A DNA stretch of 64,000 nucleotides from Nitrospirales bacterium (GTDB lineage Bacteria; Nitrospirota; Nitrospiria; Nitrospirales; UBA8639). Of the stretch, positions 31,799 to 42,122 are shown one piece after another. How positions within the stretch are numbered: the stretch's first letter is position 1; each line of letters begins with the position of its first letter. A program made the position numbers and the translations under genes. The DNA lies in assembly GCA_963555755.3 (NCBI GenBank), contig OY820905.2:32001-96000 (forward strand), written 5' to 3'. The notes beneath the pieces were generated by a model, which saw nothing but the letters and a program-made list of their open reading frames with translations, did no database searches and was not told the DNA's origin.

Positions 31799-31876
31799 CC
31801 CACTGACGATGCGTGGCTCATTTGGAGCTTTTATTGGCTGTTGGATTGCAATATTAAACAGGCCCATTCAACAAAT

Positions 31877-34800
31877 ATGAATACTTCCTCACCTTCCCCC
31901 CTCCGCGGTCTTCTCATCGCCCAGTTTTTTGGGGCGTTTAATGACAACGCCTGGAAATTGATGGTGGCGCTGTTGGCCATGAAGCAGTTGGCTTCACAAA
32001 TGGGAGCTGGGCCAGAGTATGAGTTGGCGGCACAGGCTCAAACGACTCTGACCTTTGTCATTTTTGCCCTGCCGCTGATGGTGGTGTCGATTTTTGCCGG
32101 GGTCTTTTCTGATCGGTTTAGTAAGCGCTCGGTCATCGTGGTTATGAAAGCGGTAGAAGTGGTGTTGATGGGCTTAGGCACATTGGCGCTTTTTGTGAAT
32201 CCGGAGGGAGGACTGTTGCCCTTACTCGTTCTAGGAGCAATGGCTGTACAGAGCGCACTGTTTAGTCCGGCAAAATATGGCATTTTGCCCGAGCTGCTTC
32301 CGCATGAACGATTATCGGTCGGCAATGGACAACTGGAGCTCTGGACCTTTCTCGCCATCATCGGCGGAACGGCCATGGGCGGTATTTTGTTGCAAATGAC
32401 TGGGGCCTCACCGTGGTTAGCCGGGGCGGTGTTGTTGGTATTTTCTCTTGTTGGGTTGGTTTATTCGCTATCCATTCCGTCCGTGCCGCGTGCGCGGGCT
32501 GAAGGTGGGCTGTGCACAACGCTTCAAGGCGCGTGGGATGCGGTCAAAGCGGATCGAATTCTACGTTTAGGTATTCTCGGGAATGTGGGGTATTGGACGG
32601 TCGCCAGTTTGGTTGGACAAGATATCCTGGTCTACAGCAAGGCCGTGTTGCAGTTGACGGATTCTTTGTCCGGTTTGCCGTTGGCCACCTTTGGCATCGG
32701 TATTGGAATCGGGGCCGTGCTGGCGGGGAAGTTGTCGCATTCGAAGGTGGAGGTCGGACATATCCCATTAGGCGCGATTGGTTTAACCTTCGGTCTGTTT
32801 GCCATTGGCATTTTAAGTCCAGGGCTCATGGGCACGTTAATCGGCATGGCGTGGTTGGGATTGTCGAGTGGGTTTATCGTGGTCCCGATCAACGCATTGA
32901 TTCAATGGCGTGCCCCTGAAGACCGACGCGGTGCGGTTATCGCGTTCAGTAATATCTTTGTCTTTGGCGGGGTCCTGGTTGGATCATTGGCCACTGGCGC
33001 GTTGGCGTTTCTCGGGCTGAGTGCCAGTGCCATCATTCTAGCAGCCGGAGTGGCCACCGCCGGATTAACCGTTTGGGCGATGTGGATTATGCCGGAAACG
33101 TTTATTCGCATGGTGTTATTTCTGGTGACGCATACGCTGTATCGACTCCATGTCGTTGGGCGTGACCATGTGCCCGATCATGGGGGAGCCTTGCTGGTTC
33201 CCAACCATGTCTCCTTTGTGGATGGGTTGCTCCTGTTGGCCAGTGTGGATCGTCCTATCCGGTTTATTGTTGATCGGCAGTACTATGAACAACCTCTCTT
33301 GAATTGGTTTGCCAGAATAATGGGGGCCATTCCGATTTCATCGGCTGGAACACCGAGGGAAATTTTGTCCGCTCTTAGAAATGCCGGTCGTTATTTAGAT
33401 GATGGCGAACTCGTGTGCATTTTCCCCGAAGGCCAAATTACGCGAACAGGTAATCTTCTTCCGTTTCATCAAGGGTTCGAACGGATTCTAAAAGGCCGCG
33501 AGACACAGGTGATTCCGGTTCATCTCGATCGAGTGTGGGGCAGCATTTTTAGTTTTATTGGTGGAAAATTTCTGACAAAGTGGCCCGAACAGATTCCCTA
33601 TCCCGTGACAATATCGTATGGCACGGCTTTACCGCCCACGATCACAGCCGCGGAGGTGCGAAACGTCGTGCAAGAGTTAGGCGAGCAGGCCTGGGCGTAT
33701 CGCAAAGTCCATCGGCGACCGTTGCATCATTCGTTTGTTCGAGCTGCGCGACGGCATCCCTTTCGCTTTGCCTTTTCTGACTTGACCCGTCCCAAAGTAT
33801 CGTGTCTTGAATCCTTAATCGGGGCCATTGCCTTAGCCCGTGCGTTTCGTCCGCATTGGGAACATCAGTACACCGTGGGTATTTTGCTTCCACCCAGCGT
33901 GGGTGGAGTGTTGGTCAATATAGCCGCGACGTTATCCGGACGCACGACGGTCAATCTAAATTACACAGCCGGGAAAAGCGGGATGGAATCCGCTGCCAAG
34001 CAAGCGCAGTTGGAAACCATCGTCACGAGTCAGTTGTTTATGGACAAAGCCGGCCTTGAAATCCCCGAGGGGATAAAGATTATTTGGATCGATGAGGTGC
34101 GAAAAACTATCGGGACGTCCGAGCGTATCACGGCCTTGCTGCTTGCGCTTTTCGCACCCATATCCAGGTTAGAGCGGGCTGTGGGTGTGACTCTTCGGCC
34201 GCAAGTAGACGATCTTGCCACGATCATTTTCAGTAGTGGAAGCACTGGAGAGCCCAAGGGCGTTATGCTCAGTCATTTCAACGTGGATTCGAATGTGGAG
34301 GGAGTGGCGCAGATCTTTCATTTGGAGCCGAACGATCGGCTGTTAGGCATTCTCCCGTTCTTTCATTCGTTCGGGTATCTCGCAACCATTTGGCTGGTGG
34401 TCAATCATGGTGTGGGAGTGGTCTATCATCCGACACCACTCGATGCCGGAGCGATTGGAGAATTGATTAAAAAGCAGCGAGTGACGGTGTTGATTGCCAC
34501 GCCCACATTTTTGCAACTCTACTTACGGCGATGCACACCAGACCAGTTTGGATCGGTTCGCGTGATCTTGACTGGAGCAGAAAAACTCTCGGAACGACTT
34601 GCTCAAGCGTTTGAAGATAAGTTTGGCATTCGTCCGATTGAAGGGTACGGTGTCACCGAATGTTCTCCTGTGATTGCGGTGAACTGTCCGGACTTCCGTG
34701 CCGCCGGGTTTTTCCAACCGGCTTCCCGGCGTGGGACAGTGGGACGCCCTTTGCCGGGTGTGTCTGTGCGCATCGTGGATCCTGATTCATTTGAACCCTT

Positions 34801-35296
34801 GCCCATTGGGACCTCGGGTATGTTGCTGGTAAAAGGGCCCAATGTGATGCACGGGTATCTTGGGCGTGAAGATCTCACTGCTAAAGCGATGTATGAGGGA
34901 TGGTATATCACCGGAGACATCGGGATGCTCGATGAAGATGGCTTCCTTACCATTACTGATCGGCTATCCCGCTTTGCCAAGATCGCCGGAGAAATGGTGC
35001 CGCATGGAAAGGTTGAAGAGGCCCTGCATCAAGCGGTCAATGCCGAAACGCAGGTCTTAGCTGTAACGTCAATTCCTGATGAAAAGAAGGGTGAACAACT
35101 CGTTGTTCTCCATACCATAGATGAATCGGCGATCCCCGACATGTTAGTCAAACTATCCGAAAGTGGCTTGCCGAACTTATTCATCCCCCGAAAAGACGCC
35201 TTCATCAAAGTCGAACAGATCCCGGTTTTAGGAACGGGCAAATTAGATCTTCGGGCACTCAAACGAATGGCGCTGGAAGAATTAGGGAAAAACTAG
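31877..35296 (+). CDS. aas: MFS-acyltransferase-acyl-ACP synthetase fusion
   Basis: LplT-like MFS (AQFFGAFNDN), NHVSFVD and FPEG acyltransferase motifs, FSSGSTGEPKG AMP-binding motif. Confidence 0.93.
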   Translation: MNTSSPSPLRGLLIAQFFGAFNDNAWKLMVALLAMKQLASQMGAGPEYELAAQAQTTLTFVIFALPLMVVSIFAGVFSDRFSKRSVIVVMKAVEVVLMGLGTLALFVNPEGGLLPLLVLGAMAVQSALFSPAKYGILPELLPHERLSVGNGQLELWTFLAIIGGTAMGGILLQMTGASPWLAGAVLLVFSLVGLVYSLSIPSVPRARAEGGLCTTLQGAWDAVKADRILRLGILGNVGYWTVASLVGQDILVYSKAVLQLTDSLSGLPLATFGIGIGIGAVLAGKLSHSKVEVGHIPLGAIGLTFGLFAIGILSPGLMGTLIGMAWLGLSSGFIVVPINALIQWRAPEDRRGAVIAFSNIFVFGGVLVGSLATGALAFLGLSASAIILAAGVATAGLTVWAMWIMPETFIRMVLFLVTHTLYRLHVVGRDHVPDHGGALLVPNHVSFVDGLLLLASVDRPIRFIVDRQYYEQPLLNWFARIMGAIPISSAGTPREILSALRNAGRYLDDGELVCIFPEGQITRTGNLLPFHQGFERILKGRETQVIPVHLDRVWGSIFSFIGGKFLTKWPEQIPYPVTISYGTALPPTITAAEVRNVVQELGEQAWAYRKVHRRPLHHSFVRAARRHPFRFAFSDLTRPKVSCLESLIGAIALARAFRPHWEHQYTVGILLPPSVGGVLVNIAATLSGRTTVNLNYTAGKSGMESAAKQAQLETIVTSQLFMDKAGLEIPEGIKIIWIDEVRKTIGTSERITALLLALFAPISRLERAVGVTLRPQVDDLATIIFSSGSTGEPKGVMLSHFNVDSNVEGVAQIFHLEPNDRLLGILPFFHSFGYLATIWLVVNHGVGVVYHPTPLDAGAIGELIKKQRVTVLIATPTFLQLYLRRCTPDQFGSVRVILTGAEKLSERLAQAFEDKFGIRPIEGYGVTECSPVIAVNCPDFRAAGFFQPASRRGTVGRPLPGVSVRIVDPDSFEPLPIGTSGMLLVKGPNVMHGYLGREDLTAKAMYEGWYITGDIGMLDEDGFLTITDRLSRFAKIAGEMVPHGKVEEALHQAVNAETQVLAVTSIPDEKKGEQLVVLHTIDESAIPDMLVKLSESGLPNLFIPRKDAFIKVEQIPVLGTGKLDLRALKRMALEELGKN

Positions 35297-35628
35297 TTTT
35301 CCCTTGGTGGGAAAATTTCATTGAAAATTAGTTCTGTGGAAAAACTCGTGATTGTTTAAACTGGCTATTCCACGAAGTTTGCTGCAGGGTACCCACGTAG
35401 GTCCCCCCTTTGGAAACGGGGGTTAGGGAGATTTAAGCATTTCTTTTGTCCTCTGAATTCTCTGTCAGTTTATGCGGGATCTTTATTCCAAATACCTCAG
35501 CTAGGCTTCAAAATGTTTCGAATGTTGTAGCATATCAGAATGAGTCAACTCGTCTCTTTAATTGTTTGAATGTTGTAACTCTGGTATCCTCGCTTTATAA
35601 CTCAAAGACGAATATGCCAAACAAGGAA

Positions 35629-35952
35629 ATGATAAATTTTGTGTCTCAAGATCTTTTAACTCGCATAAAAGCAAGTCTCTCAGATGTGTTCGGGACTCGG
35701 CTGCAGGGTATGCTTGTCTATGGTTCACAAGCGAGGAATGAGGCCACGTCTCATAGTGACATCGATATCTTAGTCTTGTTGTCTCCTCCCGTATCGCTCG
35801 GAGAAGATCTCCGTTTAGTTATCGATGCTGTCTATCCTTTGCAACTGGAATTTGATCAACTCATTCATGCCTTACCTGTAAATGTTGAGACATACCGTGC
35901 TGGAGAGTTTGCCCTGTACCGAAATGCAAAGCGGGAGGGAGTTTTGGTGTGA
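35629..35952 (+). CDS. Minimal nucleotidyltransferase (MNT) antitoxin
   Basis: YGSQARNEATSHSDIDILV; AAGGA precedes the ATG at 35629. Confidence 0.88.
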   Translation: MINFVSQDLLTRIKASLSDVFGTRLQGMLVYGSQARNEATSHSDIDILVLLSPPVSLGEDLRLVIDAVYPLQLEFDQLIHALPVNVETYRAGEFALYRNAKREGVLV

Positions 35953-36335
35953 GCGTAGAAGCCTCTGACTTCTGGTCCCGTGCTACCCAGGCCCTGCAAA
36001 CCACAAAAGACCTTATTGCCTCCGATCCTGATGCCGCCGCGTCCCGTGCCTATTACGCCGCGTTCTATGCAATATCTGCCTTGTTTGCGTTAGAGGGGAA
36101 AACCTTTTCAAGACATTCTGCTTTGGAAGTCGCTCTCCACCGGGACTATATAAAGACAGGTCAGTGGTCTATTGAAAGAGGCAAGGAATTCACTTTCTTG
36201 CTGAACCTTCGATCCACTGGAGACTATGGAGGGGAGATGCATGTGTCTCAAGCAGAAGCCGAAGAAGCTTTGACCGCAGCGGACCATATACTGCAATCGG
36301 TTCACCAACGGTATCCTGAACAATTTCCACTTTGA
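35949..36335 (+). CDS. HEPN-domain protein
   Basis: AASRAYYAAFYA...RHS...LRSTGDYG; GTGA overlap with MNT. Confidence 0.88.
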   Translation: MSVEASDFWSRATQALQTTKDLIASDPDAAASRAYYAAFYAISALFALEGKTFSRHSALEVALHRDYIKTGQWSIERGKEFTFLLNLRSTGDYGGEMHVSQAEAEEALTAADHILQSVHQRYPEQFPL

Positions 36336-36588
36336 AACATCTACCATAGTTGTTCCTCATGGCCTCTAGTCCCTATTGGGTTCTCAATGCATTTCATTTA
36401 CCATTAGGTTTTGCCCAAGTTCGTGAGAATGCAATGATTGAGGGCGATATTGTGTCTCGTCTTCCTCCTGAGGCGCATATGATGTTAGTAGAGCGTCAGT
36501 TGGATGTACAGCGGCGGCCTTAGCGGGATTGAAACCTTTTTTCCTTCATCTTGTCGATCTCAATCCTGTGCAAATCTATGGGCATTTG

Positions 36589-36906
36589 TTAAAGTGAATC
36601 TCGATCCTTTCCACACTTCCAACAGGACGTAAAGTCTTTTTCGTGTGATTCGCCACAGGAAGAGCATGTCCAAGCAGTAGTTTCAGCCGGTTGTGCCTCC
36701 CGCCAGTGCTCCAGGAATTCTTGGCCTTTTGAAAAATCGTCGTTGTTGACCACCCACAGTTCAGGAAAGACTTCGGCGAAGGGGACTTCTCCTGCAAGGG
36801 ACGACCCTTGCTGATTTTTGATGGTGCAGAGAATGCCTTCTTGCTCAAGCACCTCCTTGAGCGATTCGACTTCGACTAACATCGAGGATACGAAAAGTTT
36901 TTGCAT
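36589..36906 (-). CDS. DUF2007-type protein with C-terminal zinc finger, copy 1
   Basis: LEQEGILCTIKNQ...GEVPF...PELWV and WTCSSCGE...SCWKCG. Confidence 0.8.
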   Translation of the reverse strand: MQKLFVSSMLVEVESLKEVLEQEGILCTIKNQQGSSLAGEVPFAEVFPELWVVNNDDFSKGQEFLEHWREAQPAETTAWTCSSCGESHEKDFTSCWKCGKDRDSL

Positions 36907-38374
36907 GGTGTAATGCCTTCCTCTTTGAGGAGGAATCATCCTAGAAACGGCAGTTGGGCGCAAACGGCCGTGTAAGATATTGGGGTGCATCGTGCAATAC
37001 AAAAAGTCGTGGTCACCTTAGGGTTCGCGCAAGAATACCTTCCCCGGTTTGGGCGTCGATCCATCCCGCCTGGCGGCGTTGCTCGTCCTTTCCATACGAG
37101 GAGTATGCGCAGTCCTCGCGCCTTGCCAGACAGGTGTCTCAGCACCCAAACCGGGGAAGGTATTCTTGCGCGAACCCTCCGTGGTGATGAGACATTTTTG
37201 TATTGTGCGAGGAGCCTGTCCGAGATTAGCGATCGTGACGAGGGGGGGCTGGTTTGAGTCAGATGTTTCGATCGTTTGAGGCGAATAGTGGTGACTATTT
37301 AACGAAAAGGATCGAAAGATCTGGCCAAATCCAGCGCACCCGCAGTAGATCGGTCTAATCTTGGACAGGCTCCTTGGTGCGCTCAGGGTCCGTCACGAAA
37401 TAACCGGGACAATTGGGAGGCCCAGATTTGTGATTGGGGCAAGGCGCGACGAGGGAGCCTAGCGGGGCTCTGTGACCGAGGAGCAACGCTGCCCCGGGCC
37501 AAAGATGGGCCTCCCCGGAGGGCCGGACGCTTTTGGGCTCCGCCAGCGTCGCTCATCGCTTCCATACTCCCGGTATGCGCGCTCTTCGCTCCTTGGCTCA
37601 CTCCAAAATCGTCTCGGCCAATTGTCCCGGTTATTTCCTGACGGACCCTTAGGACCTGCGAGAAAATAACTTGATCAATATCGCGCCAAGATTGGGGTCG
37701 GATTTGGACGGAACGATTGAGAAAAACTCGAGGCATAGCACAGCTATAGTGAGGGTTTTTCGATTGAGGCCCGTTCAAAGATGGCCCGAAGATTGGATGC
37801 GAGATTGATCAAGTTATTTTCTCGCAGGTCCTAAGAGCTTACGCGGACTTTTGTGATCCAACTGCCGTTTCTAGGATCATACGTGAGGGAAGGCTTAAAT
37901 GAAATAGGTGGAGGGTATGAGTCCTCGTACTTTGCCCTTCGACCTTTCGACAAGCTCAGGGCTCAGGGCGAACGGGGGAGGTCAATCGATTGATGACACG
38001 CTACATGAGGAGAGAATCATACGCAATCGGGTCGGTTTTTTTAAAGGGGGTGGAAAGGGAAAGACGGATCATGCAGAATGTAGGGTTCTGGCCGCACAAT
38101 ACGATCAGGTGCACATAAATTTATGGCACTCCTCGTGGGGTATGTCGCCTCTCCTTTTGAGCGAATGGCGTCGTCTTGTATTTTTAGGTCGCTGCAGCAT
38201 CTCATGCTGCCTCTTCCTGGCGTCATAGCCCCTTGGTCCGTGGGAAGAGGGCACGATACGATCGTGCAGCGACACAAGCAAGAAAGCTCACAGGAAGCAA
38301 CGCCATGGCCAAGAAACTCCATGTGGCCAGAATTGGATGGCGGCAGGATAGAACCATATATTCTGTATGATCCG
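36605..38374 (+). repeat. ~1.77-kb direct repeat, copy 1
   Basis: Near-identical to 42818-44589. Confidence 0.95.
36941..37874. mobile_element. MITE A with nested MITEs B (37021-37177), C (37211-37373), D (37386-37648) and E (37652-37831)
   Basis: Each has its own IR pair: CTAGAAACGGCAGTTGG; GGGTTCGCGCAAGAATA; GGAGCCTGTCC; GGGTCCGTCA.GAAATAACCGGGACAATTGG; GGACCTGCGAGAAAATAACTTGATCAAT. Confidence 0.9.
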
Positions 38375-38511
38375 ATTTTCCCCTAGCAGAATTCGTGCGG
38401 CAAGGGTGGCTGATTCATAAGCTGGTTTGTAAAAGCCCAGCCCTTGGCAGGCCAAGGCTCCACGTTTGGTGAATTCTGGATCATTAATAATCAATGGCAG
38501 GGAGAAGTCCT
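38375..38511 (-). pseudogene. Internal fragment resembling an ABC transporter substrate-binding protein
   Basis: GALACQGLGFYKPAYESATLAARILLGEN; bounded by an oriIS and the repeat edge. Confidence 0.5.
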
Positions 38512-38629
38512 GGGAATAGATGATATAGACGCCCCCCCTTTCTAACAGGAACGAGGGCTACCATCAATGATGGATACCTCAACGTGGTCAGCTATGTTTT
38601 TGCAACCACATACACCCAAGGAGGCGTCT

Positions 38630-39747
38630 ATGAAACAGAGTATAGTCTACGTGGGCCTTGATGTCGATGACACCCAGTACCATGGCTCGGCCTTGCACAC
38701 AACCACCGGTGAAGGCCTTGATTTCACATGTCGGCCGACATTGAAGGGCTTGCACAGCCAGCTTGAGAAGCTGGGCAAACATTTTTCTGGATGCGCGGTC
38801 AGGTTGTGTTATGAAGCGTCCTATCTTGGTTATACCCTGCAACGGGATTTAGCCGAACAGGGGTATCATTGTGATGTGGTGGCCCCGACGAGTATCCCCC
38901 CCCTCGCAGCAAACAGATCAAAACCGATCGCATTGATGCGGCGCAACTGGCCCAATTCTACGCCCATGGCCTGCTCACGTTGATCAGTATTCCCGAGCCG
39001 GCACAGGAACAAGACCGGGATCTGCTGCGCACGCGCCAGCAGCTGGTCGAGCAGCAAACGGACCTGCGCAAGCATTGGCAAGCCTTATTGCGCCGCAATG
39101 GGGTGCATGACAAGGCGTAGACCCACAGTCGAACCTATTGGACCACCCATCACTTTTGCTGGCTCGAGCGGACCATCACCGCCACGTCCGGGAGTCTGAA
39201 AGTCAACCTGGAGCTCTTGCTGCGGCACCTGAACGGTTTGACCACCATCCTGGCGGGCTATGACCAACAGATCGAGGAGCTGGCCACCACGCCACGCTAT
39301 GAGAAACCGGTGCACGCCTTGACGTGTTACAAAGGGATCAAACAGCCCTTTGCCTTCACGATGATCACGGAAATCGGGGACATCAAGCGTTTTGCCCACC
39401 CCCGCCAACTGGTCTCCTGGATGGGCATGGATATCCGGGAATATTCCTCCGGGGGCACCCACCATCGGTATGGCATCACGAAACATGGCCATCGCTCTGT
39501 CCGCACGGCCTTCATCGAGGCGAATCAACGCGGCTACCGCACCGCCATCATCAGCCCGAAGCTGACGGCCCGACGGGCCCATACGGCCCCCGACTATGTG
39601 GCGATTGCGGATCGCTGTTTACGGCGACTGCATAAGAAAGGCAACCGGCTGCGGTTTGCCGGCAAGCATCCGAACAAAGTCAAGGTGGCCTGCGCTCGGG
39701 GAATGGTGGGCTTTGTGTTGGAATCACTTCGCAACGTGGCCGCCTAG
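38630..39747 (+). pseudogene. IS110 DEDD recombinase with a frameshift and premature stop
   Basis: YVGLDV, CYEAS, KTDRIDA (shifted frame), EIGDIKRF, EYSSGG; frameshift near the C run at about 38896; TAG at 39118-39120. Confidence 0.9.
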
Positions 39748-39789
39748 ACAATCATCCAGAGATGAAACAGCCATTTAACGATGTTGTCA

Positions 39790-39990
39790 GCTTGAGTCCA
39801 CTGGTTGATCCGGAGGAGAAGACAGAGATGGGGAAGCCCACGTGAATTCCTTAGCAAGGAAAGCCGCTGAGAATAGATTGTGGTCACCCCAACACGGACA
39901 ACTCTTTATGCGTGACCCAGCACGCGAATACGAGGATGTGAGTCCACGGTCACATCCCGCTCAAGGATCAATCCAGTACAATTCAAGTTG
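39790..39990 (+). ncRNA. Putative bridge/seek RNA of the IS110 element (boundaries approximate)
   Basis: Guide-like segments AATTCCT (39845-39851), GAGAATAG (39869-39876) and ATACGAG (39928-39934) match the target and the circle junction and flank small hairpins. Confidence 0.7.
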
Positions 39991-40011
39991 ACAATGGGGC
40001 GTCTATACGAG

Positions 40012-40181
40012 GAATTTTAAAGGGCCTTTTTGGCTTGACGGAACAGTATCCCAGAAGTCGCCGGTGGGGTCAATCGCCCAATCAGGGGCTCACGATGAGT
40101 ATCGGCAGCGTTATCCACGATCAGGGGAGGGAACCGAATCGTGAAGACGAGGAGGCTTACCCCATGGTGATTTCCTCTTCG
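40012..40181 (-). mobile_element. ~178-bp oriIS-bearing mini element, copy 1 (tip displaced to 38512-38519 by IS110)
   Basis: Near-identical to 42483-42652. Confidence 0.8.
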
Positions 40182-40184
40182 AAT

Positions 40185-40255
40185 TGAAAAAGCCGCTGAT
40201 AATATTCCTCAACCAGAGCCTCAAAATCCAATCCCAGTGTTTCCGTTGTGTTCAT
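40185..40255 (-). pseudogene. 5' stub of a possible ECF sigma factor gene
   Basis: Manual translation MNTTETLGLDFEALVEEYYQRLF, cut at the mini element. Confidence 0.4.
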
Positions 40256-40467
40256 AATCGACGTTCGTTTTGTTTTTGTTGGTGTCAATGAGTCGAACAG
40301 AACTCCGTTTCCTTACAAGAAAATGAAAGTTTTCCTGCGTCGAGATTCCCGGGCGCTTCAAACCTCCGGAAAATGCCAGGAAACAGGCTATTTATCCTCT
40401 GCCTCCGCCGAACGAAGCTTCTCCTTGAGCCGCTCGCGCGCCGAATCCGAAATGATGCAGGGGAAGA

Positions 40468-42111
40468 TTAGTCTCCCTCCGCAATCCTCTTGAATTCGGA
40501 TACTGTTTTCTCGTCCGGCTTCCGGGTATAGGCGCTTACGCCGATGAAGACTGTCACGCTGGCCAGCAATCCCCAGGCGCTGCGGTCGACCATGCCGGTC
40601 ATCGTATCCACCAAGCCGTTCATTCCCGACAATCCTTCTTCGCCGAACACCGGGATGAGCAGCGACGGGAGAAACGGGCTGATGAAAAGCAGAATGACCA
40701 GCCCCGCGACGATGCCGCTGATCGCCCCTGCCCGCGTCCCTCGACGAATGTACATGATGTCGATCGCCGGAGGCAGCAACAGCGCCGCGAAGGCAATCGC
40801 AAAGAAACCCAGCTGAACGATCATCTTCAGAGGATCATCATCCGGACTCCTCGCATGCGCTACGATCACCAGGACCAGCGCGACGACCGTGGAAACACAA
40901 ATGACGATGCGCCCCACCCAGGTTCGTTCCGACTGACTCGCCTGCGGCCGAATGTAGCGATCGTAAACGTCACGGGTCGCCACGCCGCTCAGCGAGTGGA
41001 GATTACTGTCCGCCGTGCTCATGGCGGCGGCCATGATGGCCACCAGAATCAGCGAGGTGACGATCGCGCCGATCAGGCTCCCGGCTCCGAACAGTTGCGG
41101 CAGGTGATTGGTCAGAACCGTGACCAGGATATTGTCAAAATAGTCGCCCACGGCCGGGTGCGGGGCCACACCCGTCGCGGTCTCCGCCAGGGGATAAAGC
41201 GCCTGACCGCCGAGCCCGACCAGCATGACGCCAAACAGAAAACACGCCGTGAGCACAACAGCCAAAATCAGCGCGCTGCGTCGCAGGGTGTTCGTCGAGT
41301 CGGCGGCGTAATAGCGCATCCACTGCGCCGGTTGAATCATCGAGCCCGTGGACGTGAATAAAACAATCGTCAACAGCATCCAGGGGTGGAACATGCCCGT
41401 CGTCCCCGGCGCTGAAAGCGAACTGGGCGGCAATTCGGCAATTGCCGCAAAGAAAGCGCTGAATCCGCCCAACGCCGCAACCGTCGCGATTCCCGCCAAC
41501 AACATGCCGCCCACCAGCAACATCCCCTGAACCACATCCGTCCAGGCGACGCTGCGCATGCCGCCAATCATGATGTAAACCATCGTGATGCCGGCCAGAA
41601 TGATGGCTCCCGGCACATAGGAGCCCTCTCCGAACATGCTTTCCGAAAGAATTCCGCCCGCCTTGATCTGCATGATCACATAGGGCACTGCGTAAAGCGC
41701 TCCGAGCAGCGCGACAAGCAACCGCAAAGCCTTCGATTCCCCGTAGTAGCCGCAGATCATATCGGCCGGCGTCACATAGCCTTTGGCCCGACCGATTCGC
41801 GAGATGCGCGCCCCAAGGAAATACACCGAAGCTCCCGACAAAGGCACGTTCAGGCTGACTAACGTAAAAACAACGCCTTCCTTGTAGACCATTCCCGGAG
41901 CGCCCAGCAGCGCAAAGGAGCTGAAAAATGTGGCCATGATCGTGAGCGACGAAACCAACCAACCCTGCCCGCGCCCGGCCAGGTAGTAGTCCTCCTCGTT
42001 GTTCTGGCTTTTAAGATATCCCGCGACGCCAAACGCCAGCAGCATCAGCAGATAGGCGCCCAATACCACGTATCTGACTGCGCCCAGTGAATCTGCCGCT
42101 GCTTGTTCCAT
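40468..42111 (-). CDS. Sodium:solute symporter (SSS family)
   Basis: EDYYLAGR, ATFFSSFALLGAPG, GGMRSVAWTDVVQG, AAAMSTADS; GC-rich relative to flanks. Confidence 0.93.
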   Translation of the reverse strand: MEQAAADSLGAVRYVVLGAYLLMLLAFGVAGYLKSQNNEEDYYLAGRGQGWLVSSLTIMATFFSSFALLGAPGMVYKEGVVFTLVSLNVPLSGASVYFLGARISRIGRAKGYVTPADMICGYYGESKALRLLVALLGALYAVPYVIMQIKAGGILSESMFGEGSYVPGAIILAGITMVYIMIGGMRSVAWTDVVQGMLLVGGMLLAGIATVAALGGFSAFFAAIAELPPSSLSAPGTTGMFHPWMLLTIVLFTSTGSMIQPAQWMRYYAADSTNTLRRSALILAVVLTACFLFGVMLVGLGGQALYPLAETATGVAPHPAVGDYFDNILVTVLTNHLPQLFGAGSLIGAIVTSLILVAIMAAAMSTADSNLHSLSGVATRDVYDRYIRPQASQSERTWVGRIVICVSTVVALVLVIVAHARSPDDDPLKMIVQLGFFAIAFAALLLPPAIDIMYIRRGTRAGAISGIVAGLVILLFISPFLPSLLIPVFGEEGLSGMNGLVDTMTGMVDRSAWGLLASVTVFIGVSAYTRKPDEKTVSEFKRIAEGD

Positions 42112-42122
42112 GACGCTTCGCT

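Larger units (their letters stand above)
38518..40011 (+). mobile_element. IS110-family (IS1111-type) element inserted in an oriIS
   Basis: AG core at both junctions (38518-38519, 40010-40011); subterminal IRs TATAGACGCCCC (38524-38535) / GGGGCGTCTATA (39996-40007). Confidence 0.9.

Noticed and set aside
36936..38386. ORF-track ORFs in the MITE stack (and at 43114-44601)
   Set aside because: Chance frames across palindromic repeats; no protein motifs
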